From assembly GCF_001194135.2 (NCBI RefSeq), contig NC_068994.1, forward strand, positions 53,755,472 to 53,803,310: a DNA stretch of 47,839 nucleotides, written 5' to 3'. A model generated the notes under the pieces. The model was not told the origin of the DNA and made no database searches. It worked only from the letters and a program-made list of their open reading frames with translations. Shown in pieces: positions 22,791-34,668 of the stretch. Position 1 is the stretch's first letter. Each line of letters begins with the position of its first letter. Both the position numbers and the translations under genes were made by a program. Origin of the DNA: Octopus bimaculoides (lineage: Eukaryota).

Positions 22791-24148
22791 ACTCATGGAG
22801 GATCTCAGATCTCATCCCCCTCATACCATCACCTCCCTTTCCCCCACCTCACCCCCATCTCTTCACATAGCCACTGTTTGAAATGGCACAATGGTTTTTT
22901 ATTTTCCATCCAGAGGGAAAAAGGACAGATAACTCAAGGACGAGGCGAAACAACTTCAATTGAAAGTGTGACATGCTCTCCGTCTGTGAAGAGTCCTTGA
23001 GAAAAAATAAAGAAAGCAACAACAACAAAAAACAAAAACAAATCGGTATCCTGTGACGAAGGCGATCTCTGTTTCTGGCAGCTAGTAATACTGACAGTAC
23101 AACGTCTCTGGCCAAACTGCAGCCAACATTGCATGTTGCTGACCACTGCTATGTGCTATTCATTGCTCGGAGCTTTTGTTTGTTTTTTTTTTCTATCTTT
23201 CTTTCTATCTATCTTTTTTTTTTTACTTCCAACCAACAAACAATCAACAAAGAAAAAAAAATGCAAAAGAAAAACCATCGAACCAAATATTTGGTATTGT
23301 TGAAACTATTTGTGACATTGCAGCATTTACATATACTAGAAGCCACTCTGTTAAAAGACACAAAGGAAAAAAATATTATGGATGATGTTGGTACTTCCCG
23401 GAATATAGTATGTGAATGTATATATATTTATATAGGGTACCAACGAATATTATTCGGTTTGGATCTCAAGGAATGCTGTATTTCCCCTTTTTTATCCATT
23501 TTTTCTCCTTCAGTCCCTGGAACTCCTGACCAAAAGATGTGTGGTTAATGACTTTTTACTGCTAAATGTAAAATACATATTTCTAAATTTCAAATTTCAC
23601 TATAATGCTGGCTCTTAAAGCATTCACATGCCTCTCAAGCCTACTCTTTCTTTCTGTCTCCCTCTCTTTCTCTCCCCTCCTCCGCTTACTCCCTATGTAT
23701 GCATGCCATTTTTTTATCCCTCTCACCTGCTTTCACCTTTGCACTCAGCACTTGTCTTCCTTACTCTCACTTACCCTCACAAAATATACTTTCTCTCTTT
23801 CTTCCTCCTACTCTCTCAATCTCAGCATGTTTTCCTCCCACTTAGCACTCATGCTTTTTCTCCCTCCCTCCCTCACTCAATACTCACATGCTTTGTTTTT
23901 CTCCTTTCTTGGTCAGCACTCATTTTTTCTCTTCCTAAACTCCAGTACTTACATGCTGCTCTCTCTCTCTCTCTGTCTCCCCTCTTCTCTCTCTCTCTCT
24001 CTCCCTCTCTCCTTTGCACCTATCACTCCCATTCTTTCCCCTCCCTCACATTCAACACTCACGTGCTTACTCCCCCTTACAACACTCTCCTGATTTCTTT
24101 CCCATCAAACTCTTCTTTTACATGCCTTCTTACTTTATCCTAACCTTC

Positions 24149-24179
<31 letters not shown>

Positions 24180-24292
24180 TCCAATCCAAAACGACCCCTA
24201 CCACAACACACACAACCACTAAATCCATTACATTATAATCCCTTCTTCTTTTGCCACATGATCTTAATCCACATTGACCACTCTGCATCTCC

Positions 24293-24324
<32 letters not shown>

Positions 24325-25416
24325 CATGCATGTCTATCTCCTATTTGCTTCTGAGATGGCAGCCATCTTAGCTTGGACACTGCTGACTTTACTTTAACTA
24401 AACTGCAGCCCAAACTCTATTTTGTATAAAGTTCACAAATTTAAAATTAACTTGACATGCCAGAGAAGCAAAGGGGAGACATAAGTACTGGCGTTTGAGC
24501 AAACTTCTTCTTTGGAGAACAAGATTTCAAACTGTTTAGAATAAAATCTGACTGCATAACTTATTCCCAAAGTACTATTGTAAACTTTTCACCGTTTCCT
24601 TTTCTAAAGAAGAATTTCCTTTGAAACCTCAGTTGATCTGCATCTCCTATGGCATGTCATTTTTATTAAAGGAGGATTCTTTTCTCAATGTAGACCAGCA
24701 CTATTTTCTCTGGACTCTGGTTTTTTTATTTCCTATTTTGTATAAAATTTCTTTATTATTATTATTATTATTATTTGTTTTTTTTTTTCTTCCATCACTA
24801 CTTTTACACCACTGTTGCCATCACCACCTCCAGCACCGAAACTTTTTTTTTTCCCTAATGGCAGTCAATTTGTAAATTACACTCCATTTCAGATCTAGAT
24901 ACATACACACACACACACATAAACACACACACACACACATACATACATACACACACAATACTCTCTCTCAGACATGGCTTTATGTATAGCGACACTTTGC
25001 AACATTTTTCTTTCTCTCATACAAAATGTACGCATAATGCACACACACACATGCATATAATACATACATAAATACACACACACACACACACACACANNNN
25101 NNNNNNNNNNNNNNNNNNNNNNNNNNNNNNNNNNNNNNNNNNNNNNNNNNNNNNNNNNNNNNNNNNNNNNNNNNNNNNNNNNNNNNNNNNNNNNNNNNNN
25201 NNNNNNNNNNNNNNNNNNNNNNNNNNNNNNNNNNNNNNNNNNNNNNNNNNNNNNNNNNNNNNNNNNNNNNNNNNNNNNNNNNNNNNNNNNNNNNNNNNNN
25301 NNNNNNNNNNNNNNNNNNNNNNNNNNNNNNNNNNNNNNNNNNNNNNNNNNNNNNNNNNNNNNNNNNNNNNNNNNNNNNNNNNNNNNNNNNNNNNNNNNNN
25401 NNNNNNNNNNNNNNNN

Positions 25417-25475
<59 letters not shown>

Positions 25476-25554
25476 TTCTCTCATGGTGTCATTTTCTTTT
25501 TAATTCTGGTGATTTTTGACAAATCACAAACAACCCATTACTGGCTTTCTGACT

Positions 25555-25760
25555 TTAACCCTTTAGCATTCAGATTATCCTGTTGAATATAATGCTTATT
25601 TATTCACATTGTTTTGAACTAATCAGGCATTATCTCATAGCTTTCAAATTTCAATGATGTGTTTGTATATATTTTTAGAATGACATGGTCTGGTCAGTTT
25701 GACATAAAACAAGTAGAGTATTTGGGTCAGAAATGGCCAGTTTAAATGCTAAAGGGTTCA
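25555..25760. mobile_element. piggyBac-like MITE, second copy
   Basis: TTAA|CCCTTTAGCATT ... AATGCTAAAGGG|TTCA; same family as 10581-10774. Confidence 0.75.
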
Positions 25761-28254
25761 ATCAAGCAGGGGTTGAAATTTCTCTTTCATCCTTCAAAGG
25801 GTGATGAAATAAAATAGTAATTTAATACTGGAGTTGATTAAATCCGCCATACTGCCTCCTCCAAATGTGTGGCCTATGTACCTGAGAAAAAAAATATTTT
25901 CCAGTTTTGGGTTTTCAGGTGAGAAGACAAAATTACTTAAATTAACCTGAACCCAATACATCGTCATCATCATCGTTTAACGTCCACTTTCCATACTGAC
26001 ATGAGTTGGACGGTTTGACTGAGGACTGGTAAGCCAGAGGGTCGCACCAGGCTCCAATCTGATCTGGCAAGGTTTCTACAGCTGGATGCCCTTCCTAACA
26101 CCAACCACTCTGAGAGTGTAGTGGGTGCGTTTTACATGTCACCGGAACAAGGGCCAGTCAGGAGGAGGTAACCAGAAGCACGTGGAATAAAACACAAGAA
26201 GACAGTGAAGGAACCATAAAGAAGGAAGAATGCATCAACATGTCAGGAATAGTATTGACGAACTTTGAGAAGCATAGAATTTTTGAAGGATGCAGTATTC
26301 TGACAGCTACCAAATGACTTGGGTATTCCAAACTTTGACAGTCTGAGCATGGAAAAATGTTTCCATCAGTCAAGAGTGCTGTACTGTGTTTTGATTTTAT
26401 AAGTGTGTTCGCGAGTGTTGAGATATGCATTGAATTAAAAAAGTAGGGCCATAGTTGTTGGAAAAACGGTGGATAATGTTAGTATTGAAATTCTAATATT
26501 TCAGCCTTTGATCATATTAACAGAGACCTTATCGTCGCTGTGTGTTTAAGAAGTTCAGTCTTTAAACATGTGGTGCCGTGTTCAGTCCTTCTATACGGTA
26601 CATTGGACGATTGTCTTTTACCACGGCCTCCGCTTGGTAAATGCTTTGCGCTTAAATTTGCCTGAAAGAAATTGTTGAAATTCATTGAATATTTTGTTGG
26701 TGAATTACCGATGTAAAGGGAGGTAACTCTCTAACGGGACGTAACCATTTCACAGCATGAGTATCAGGCAAATACTGAGATCGATGTGTTTGACGAAAAC
26801 TAATGATGCTGCCCCAGTATGGCCGCAGAGCAGTAAAAGAAAATATATTACTTCATCTTAGGTGCTGGGAGAGAAATAGTTGACACCAATTCATGCGTTG
26901 TGAATTGATGTATTTTGTAGTAGAGCGGGGTATTAATACAATTCTATTATTGTGTATTTAAATCAATGAGGGCATTTTTAAATGGTTGCTCACCCTGCTA
27001 GAAATAGTAGCAAATATCCCCCTCAAATTATATTCTGCCATCTTGAAAAAGAAAAGACACATTGTTTTATGAAGTTCTTGAAACATTACGGATCAAAAAT
27101 AAGAAAAAATCGATAGAGAAAGATCAAAGGTTTGTTTGATCAGGGCTGGCCTGGAGCTAAAGAGCATCACCATCTCTTCATCTAGTAAACACTCCAGTCT
27201 TATTGTTTGTTTGTAGTTTGTGAAACAAATGTTTCAATAACTGCTTGAGAGCATGGAAATAACTTTATCAGCAATCATAAAACTAAATCAATTTCATAGG
27301 TGAACTTATAGACTTCATCAATCGCCAATAAATGAAAATCTAATATTTTTTAAAAACAACTCTGCAAAATCTCTGGCATCAGGTAATGAATCAAGATATA
27401 GTGAGACCACCGTTTGACCTAACTATAGAACAGTATGCAGCATAGCTTCTGATAAGCAGTTCGTTACATCTTGTGGTTAAAGAAATGCATAGGAAGGAAG
27501 AAGCTTAAGAGCAAGTGTGCTTGTGCGCGTGTTATACCATGGCAGGTCAAGTCCACCTTAACCACATTCATTGCCATTGGCACACTTCTTAGCAGAAGAC
27601 AGATTTAGATGCAAGTTAAACTTCTTTCATTAGAGTCTTACTATAATTTATATTCAAGCAATGATTTAATCAAATTAAGATAATCAGCAACAATTAACAT
27701 TAAGAAATGAGACCAAATTATTTAAAAATAAAAAAAACTGTCAATATTTACACAAGTTCTTTGACTTCATTATTAGTCATGTTCTAAATATAAATTTCTG
27801 ATTAGGTACAAGCATAGCTGTGTAGCTGAAAAGTTCATTTCTGAAATATGTGGTTTCTTCTCCTTTAGCCTCAGTTTGATGAAAGCTATGTGGGTGGACT
27901 TGGGAGATAGAATTTCACAGTATATACATTTTGTGTGCGTGTGTCTAGAGCGTGCGCACACACACGCACACGCGCACGCGCGCGCGCGCGCGAACATGTG
28001 TCCCCTTGCCTTGACATTGCACAATAGCTGTAAACAAGCATCAATGTCATACAAGCGGTGGCATTTGTTTCAGATCTTCCATGAAAATGTATCATAGCCA
28101 CAGGGAAATATTGGCATGCTTGGAAACGAGGAGAAGGTTGGCAGGAGGAAGATATCAGGCTGTAGAAAATCTGCATTGATGAAATTCCTGCAACCCACGA
28201 GAGCATGGACAGGTGGACACTAAACACTGATGACAATTAGATTTTCTGTTATTA

Positions 28255-28860
28255 TATTCCATCTGTTGTTGTTGGCGATGACCAAGGACATGACATGGGA
28301 GAGGAAGATGGGGCATCGCTTGTCCAGCTGTCGCCAAACAGTCTGATGAGTGGTCAGAAGGCTCTGCCGACAGGCTGGGCACTGGTGGTGTGTTGTGACA
28401 GAAGGTAAAGAGTTGGCTCTGGACATACATAGTTCACATTCTCTTTGTTCTCCAGCAATCCTTTTCTGTTTGTAGGTAGTGGCACCTTTTTTTGGTGCAG
28501 CTTCACCAGGCAAGGCAGTCTTGTTCTAGTGTTTCCTGGTGTGGGGTTGATCTCAGAGCTCTTCAGTAAAGCTTTGAATATGTCCATGAAGTGCATTTTC
28601 TGTCCACCTTGTGTATGCTTGCCAGTTTGCAGTAAAATATTCTTTTGGGGAGTCATGTGTCAGGCATTCAAAGAAGCTGACCTGTCCACCTGACTTGCGC
28701 TCTTCTTGGCAGTGTGTAAATGCTTGACAGATCAGCTCAAGAGAGGACCTCCATATCTGGGACCTTGTTTTGCCAGGTGATTTTCAACCACTTTCTGTGA
28801 AAGTGGTTCAGGTTTTTAGCTTGGCATTTGTCAATTGTCCAACTCTTGCAGGTGTACAGT
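28255..28860 (-). mobile_element. Degenerate RTE-clade LINE 3' end with C-terminal C2H2-like zinc finger
   Basis: Peptides LNHFHRKWLKITWQNKVPDMEVLS, LPKRIFY, GKHTQGGQKMHF, KGATTYKQKRIA and HQCPAC/GRAF..LI.LF, with several frameshifts, followed by an RTE-like short 3' UTR. Confidence 0.85.
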
Positions 28861-29500
28861 AACATTTACAGGATCTTGTAGCTTAAGACTTCATTATATG
28901 TGCAAGAATTGCAGTATGAATAAGAAATTCACTTTGCAACTCTGTGGTTTTAGGTTCAATCTCGTTGCATGTGGCACCTTGGGCAGAAATATCTTCTTCC
29001 ATAGTTATGAGTCAATAGATGCCTGAAGTGTGAAATTTAGTACATGGAAACTGTGTGGAAGAATTGATCCAATGGTGCTTGGATTAATACCACCATTGTT
29101 CCTTGGATGATTTTAACAGAATACACTGTGTTGCATGCATTTGAATTAGGTCCCAGGTATTAAAATAACTTTCTCTCTCTCCCCAACCTCCAAGGGTTCT
29201 GGCACTATTTTCCCTCCTCTGGCTAAGTCATGTTAAAAAAAAATTAACAAAAAGAAAAGAAATATAGAAAGAATTCCCTTGTCTAAACCTGGTCCTGGAG
29301 ACAGGCAATAAAGCTCCAAAATGCCAGCAGAATTGTTTGCACCTCTGGTATTTCCTCTGGTTTTTTACATTCTGAGCTCAAATCCCACCAAGGATCACTT
29401 TACTTTTCATCCTTTTGGGGTAGATAAAATAAAATACCAGCCTAAAATTGCTGACTTTGTGCCAAAAATTAGGAAGGATTATGCAAGGATTATCATCATT

Positions 29501-30307
29501 NNNNNNNNNNNNNNNNNNNNNNNNNNNNNNNNNNNNNNNNNNNNNNNNNNNNNNNNNNNNNNNNNNNNNNNNNNNNNNNNNNNNNNNNNNNNNNNNNNNN
29601 NNNNNNNNNNNNNNNNNNNNNNNNNNNNNNNNNNNNNNNNNNNNNNNNNNNNNNNNNNNNNNNNNNNNNNNNNNNNNNNNNNNNNNNNNNNNNNNNNNNN
29701 NNNNNNNNNNNNNNNNNNNNNNNNNNNNNNNNNNNNNNNNNNNNNNNNNNNNNNNNNNNNNNNNNNNNNNNNNNNNNNNNNNNNNNNNNNNNNNNNNNNN
29801 NNNNNNNNNNNNNNNNNNNNNNNNNNNNNNNNNNNNNNNNNNNNNNNNNNNNNNNNNNNNNNNNNNNNNNNNNNNNNNNNNNNNNNNNNNNNNNNNNNNN
29901 NNNNNNNNNNNNNNNNNNNNNNNNNNNNNNNNNNNNNNNNNNNNNNNNNNNNNNNNNNNNNNNNNNNNNNNNNNNNNNNNNNNNNNNNNNNNNNNNNNNN
30001 NNNNNNNNNNNNNNNNNNNNNNNNNNNNNNNNNNNNNNNNNNNNNNNNNNNNNNNNNNNNNNNNNNNNNNNNNNNNNNNNNNNNNNNNNNNNNNNNNNNN
30101 NNNNNNNNNNNNNNNNNNNNNNNNNNNNNNNNNNNNNNNNNNNNNNNNNNNNNNNNNNNNNNNNNNNNNNNNNNNNNNNNNNNNNNNNNNNNNNNNNNNN
30201 NNNNNNNNNNNNNNNNNNNNNNNNNNNNNNNNNNNNNNNNNNNNNNNNNNNNNNNNNNNNNNNNNNNNNNNNNNNNNNNNNNNNNNNNNNNNNNNNNNNN
30301 NNNNNNN
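29501..30307. other. Assembly gap (largest of nine N-runs)
   Basis: Other N-runs at 8182-8281, 17847-17856, 22316-22325, 25097-25416, 36803-36911, 38680-38900, 39787-40436 and 43270-43425. Confidence 1.
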
Positions 30308-30431
30308 CTCACACTTCCTTATTATGGTCAGTTTTACTCAAAACAAGTTCCTGAGATCATCCTAAATACATGTATTAAAGTGGAGATGTGAAAGAAATAT
30401 TTCCCATTACTAATCATTAAAGCAAGTTACA

Positions 30432-30513
30432 GATATTCTACAGAAATTATAGCCAGACTGATTTTTGTTACAATGTTTCGTATCAGTGCTGGCAATAATT
30501 TCTGTAGAATATC
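30432..30513. other. 82-nt compact hairpin with a stem of about 30 bp
   Basis: GATATTCTACAGAAATTAT pairs perfectly with ATAATTTCTGTAGAATATC; then 1 mismatch, 5 bp, 1 bulge, 6 bp and a 19-nt loop. Confidence 0.8.
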
Positions 30514-30904
30514 AGTAAAAATAATCTTAACAAGAGATGTAATAGCACTGCTAACACAGGAGAACATGGTATTGACTTATAAAAACATTTAATATATTTT
30601 ATAGTATATTATGGTTGCATAACAAAATACGGTCCCCCTACTGGTCATTAAAGAAAGTGTTGTGTTTTTATGAAGACTGTTTGATCACCAAAGTTTTTGT
30701 ACATTAGATAGTTTTAAAGCTTTTTCTTCTTCGTCTTCTTCTTCTTCTTCTTCAAAGATTACTGCTGTTAGTGCAAAACTACAAAATAGATGTGGAATAG
30801 TGCAGGAATCTCATCTAATAATAATATGAGAGAGTGACGTTATCATATTTGTGCAGTAATGGTCTCATTATCAATGAAAACACTTGCGTTTTAAAGCACA
30901 TTTC

Positions 30905-31053
30905 TTATACTCGCATCTGCTGAGCAGCTCGAGCTATTGACTTTGCTTTTTCTACATGGTCAGAACTTTCGCATATCATTTTGCATACATTTCTATCAAA
31001 GATACCTTCTTTTTTCGGAAAGCCATTAGTTCCATCAGCATATGTAACTAAAC
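30905..31053 (-). CDS. MORN4: MORN4/retinophilin homologue, last coding exon
   Basis: Long T-tract plus cag acceptor, phase 1. Reads LVTYADGTNGLPKKEGIFDRNVCKMICESSDHVEKAKSIARAAQQMRV*, similar to recalled human [21 protein letters not shown]...VQRAQSASKSARNL. Total 144 aa. Confidence 0.9.
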
Positions 31054-31419
31054 CTGAAAAAAAAAAAAGAAAAGAAAATTCAAAAAATTTTCCTGAAGTT
31101 ATTTGACCAACATATGAGAAGTTTCATTAGGTTACTTTTCTAACCATATTAAAAGAAAATTGTTGAAGAATGCACTAAGGGATTCCAGATTCAACATATT
31201 TTAAAAGTTTCATTGCAAAGCAATATATTAGTTTGTAAAGTAAGTATCAATTCTAAGGATTTCAAAATGTGTCTTCTTAAAAATTGAGGTGAAAAAAAAA
31301 AATCTTAAACCATTTGTTACCATTTCCTGCTCCTCCCCACCACCAGCACTACCTCTACTACTACTACATAAGTAAAAGATGAAAAAAACAAAAGGTAAAA
31401 TGCAAATATAATTACTTAC

Positions 31420-31529
31420 CGTAGCCATGAAATTCTCCGTCCTTGAATTGGCCTTCATATTTCATTCCGTCAACATTTACGAATACACCATAACCGTAAA
31501 ATTTACCTTGCCAAAACTCTCCAGCATAC
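31420..31529 (-). CDS. MORN4: MORN4/retinophilin homologue, second coding exon
   Basis: ttccatttctgttccatgtag| ... G|gtaagt, phase 2/1. Reads YAGEFWQGKFYGYGVFVNVDGMKYEGQFKDGEFHGY(G), similar to recalled human [37 protein letters not shown]. Confidence 0.93.
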
Positions 31530-32960
31530 CTACATGGAACAGAAATGGAAAAGATTGCAATACTGTGAACCGACAAAGAAATCATATAAGAAGCAAAATG
31601 TAGCACATTATTTCGGCCATGCCTATAGATTAAAATACTGACCTCTTCTCAGGCCACAAATTTAGTAATTGTCATTGTCGTCATCATCACCATCATTTTA
31701 ACATCCATTTTTCTATGCTTGCATGGATCAGACAGAATTTGCTGAGGCTGATTTTCTAAGACAAGATACCCTTTCTGTTGCCACCTGTTTCTATGCAAGT
31801 AATATTACCCCGTGGCTGGGCATATTTCCACAAAATCGTGAAAAAAAATGGTCCTAATGTGAGATGGTGGCATTCATTTATAACTATCATACAATGTCAA
31901 GACAAAGACACACACACAAACGCATATATATATGTACACACACACACACACACACATATATACATGAGTTGTCTAAGAGACCTTAAGTCAGGGAAAAGAT
32001 ACACTCATATATCTGTTAGTAAAGTGGGTATATTATCCATGTGTTCAACACCTTAACCACTAGGCCACATGCCTTCATGTGCGTGCACACACACACACAC
32101 ACATACACTGGCTTGCTTTCAGTTTTTGTTTGCCAAATCCACTCATAAGATTTTGGTCAGCCTTTGGATTGAACCCAAAACCATGTGGTTGAGAACTGAA
32201 TTTCTTAACTACACAGCCATGTCTGCATCTATACATGGCTTTTGTTGACCTGGGGCTATGACTGAAGGCATTTGCCCAAGTCACCACACTGTAGGACTGA
32301 ATCCCAAAACCACGTGACTGAGAAGGATGGAGAAATTTTTTTATATAGTCATAAGAAGTGCAGGTACCACTGAGTTTTGCAGAGCCTCTGAAAGAGAGGG
32401 AAAAAAAACCATTTACTGCAGTAAGGAAGCAGTTTGTCACAGTATTAACTTATTTCTCAGGCCAGAATCTTCCTGGTCTGATTGCTTACGACAGAAAGAA
32501 CTCTAGTAAAGGCACCAAACAACCTTGGATTAGTGCTAAATCAGGTGACAAATTAGGTCTACACTGCCTCAACCCGGAGGCATAATAGGAAAAATAAATG
32601 CAGCACATTTACTGAAACAATTTTCCTTATTTGGTGAAAGTAAATAAAGAAAAACTGATTAGCTTAATGCTGTATACTGCGGCTGTCAATTTCACCATCT
32701 CTTTGATGGTGAAAATAGCTGCAATTTTTGAAATTATACATAGATATTTAAGTATATATATGTATGTGTGTGTGTGTGTGTGTATGTCTGTACACACACC
32801 TCTATATGTCCAGCAGTATTAACACCAAGCAGTGTTTAGGCATAAGTAAATGTTAAGTTAATTAAAATATGTTTGTGACATATTTCAACTTTTGAAAGCA
32901 AACTTATTGCAGTTACTGTAGAAAAAAACATTCTTTCTAATGGTAAAAGCTGTGTAGTGG

Positions 32961-33150
32961 GTGCTTTTTACATGCCACTGGTACGCAGGCCAGTCAGCCG
33001 GCACTGGCATCGACCACGCTCAAATGGTGCTTTTTACATGCCACTGGCATGGGAGCCAGTCGGGCAGCACAGGCATCGACCATGCTCGAATAGTGTCTTT
33101 TACATGCCACCAGCATGGGTGCCAATCAGGTGGTACTGTCATCAGCCACA
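32961..33150. repeat. 66-bp tandem minisatellite (about 3 copies) derived from family-D repeat sequence
   Basis: gtgctttttacatgccac recurs at 32961, 33027 and 33093. Confidence 0.8.
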
Positions 33151-34492
33151 ACAAGAAAATAAGAAAATAGAGATAATTAAATTAATGATTATTTGTTTAA
33201 TTATCTCTCTTTTCTTATATATATGTACATATATATGAGTATAAATATATATATATATATATATATACATAAGTAATCTAAGAGACCATGAGTCAGGAAG
33301 AAGATGCACTTGCATATCTGTCAATAGAGTGGGTATATTATCCAAAATGTACAGTATCGTATATCCATTACGGCTGATCTTACCAATCAGTTTCATGCAA
33401 GGAACACAAAAGAGTGTTAGATAATGATTCAAGGTTATATAATTAGATTGATACCTAACACTCCATTGTATTCCTTGCACGAAACCAATTGGTAAGATCA
33501 GCCATGATGGATATATAAAATTTCTCTTACAAAGTATGAGTTGGACCAAGGTTGGAGAAATTGGCATTTACCCAAGACGTGTGCAGAGGGATCAAATGCA
33601 GGTCCTTGTGGTGATGAAAGAGACTCCTCAGCCATTTAGCCAAACTGTCTAAGAAGTCTGCTTCCAAGCCATGTTTTGAGTTCAGTCCTATTGTATGGTG
33701 CTTTGGACAAGTGTCTTCAACTATTGCCCCAAGACAAGCCAAAGCTGTGGGAATGGATTTGGTAGGCAGAAACTGGAAGAAACCTGTCGTATATGCATCT
33801 TTGTGAGTGTGAAAAAAAAATGTGTGTGTCATTGTCTTGACATGATGTGATAGTTGTAAATGAGTGTCACCATCGTACAAGCAGCTTCCCTTGTTTTCAG
33901 TCTTCCATGGAAACACATCAAGCCACAAGGAAATATCATCTTACTTTGCAATAGGTAAGGGTTGGCAACAGCAAGGGCATCCAGCTGTAGAAAGTCTACC
34001 TTAACAAATTCCACCTGACCTATTCTAGTAAGGAGAAGACATTAAATGATGATGATACTGATGATGATGATGATGGTGATGGTGATGATACGTATATGCT
34101 GAACATTATATATACATATATACAAGTGTTAGATAAAATGTATTTTAACCAGACAAATCTGAGGCATATAATCACAAAGTGTTCAATAAATAATGATCAA
34201 TTAACTGTAGGTCAGAATATTCAGAGCTGCGACAATTAGTGGACATGATAACAAGAGAATGGAATGAAACAACTCAGAAAAATCTCTTAAAACTAATATA
34301 TGTAAAATACCTATTGGTGTTTGTACCAAAGAATTAATAAATTCTTATCAATGAACATTCTTCTCTGTTCTGTTTCTTTGAAGTAAAATAAAATTCTTAT
34401 TTGTCAAAGAACAAATAAAATAGAATGGAAGAAACACCATTCTATCTCAACATAATATAACAGAAAAATTAAACTTTGGCAAGTTAACTTAC

Positions 34493-34668
34493 GAAGCGCC
34501 ATCCGGAAAGTTGATGCTGCCTTTGCCAGTGAACAGTCCACTCTCAAATGATCCTTTGTAAGTTGTTTTGTCACCGAAAATAATGGAGCCAATTCCCATC
34601 CGAAGTCCACGGTCATCAAACATGCCATTGTAAACAGTACCATCTGGGTATTTGAATTCTATTGCCAT
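34493..34668 (-). CDS. MORN4: MORN4/retinophilin homologue, first coding exon
   Basis: Acceptor ttttattttctttctag| at 34688, 20 nt of UTR with an in-frame TAA, ATG at 34668, donor TC|gtaagt. Reads MAIEFKYPDGTVYNGMFDDRGLRMGIGSIIFGDKTTYKGSFESGLFTGKGSINFPDGA(S), i.e. MORN repeats (Y.G.F..G...G.G). Absent from the ORF track in this frame. Confidence 0.9.

Noticed and set aside
26158-26430. A-rich, coding-looking stretch
   Set aside because: Stops in all plausible frames and no recognisable domain; possibly a decayed repeat but not assignable.
31530-31606. N-terminal part of ORF 31412..31606
   Set aside because: Intronic polypyrimidine tract upstream of the MORN4 acceptor at 31530.
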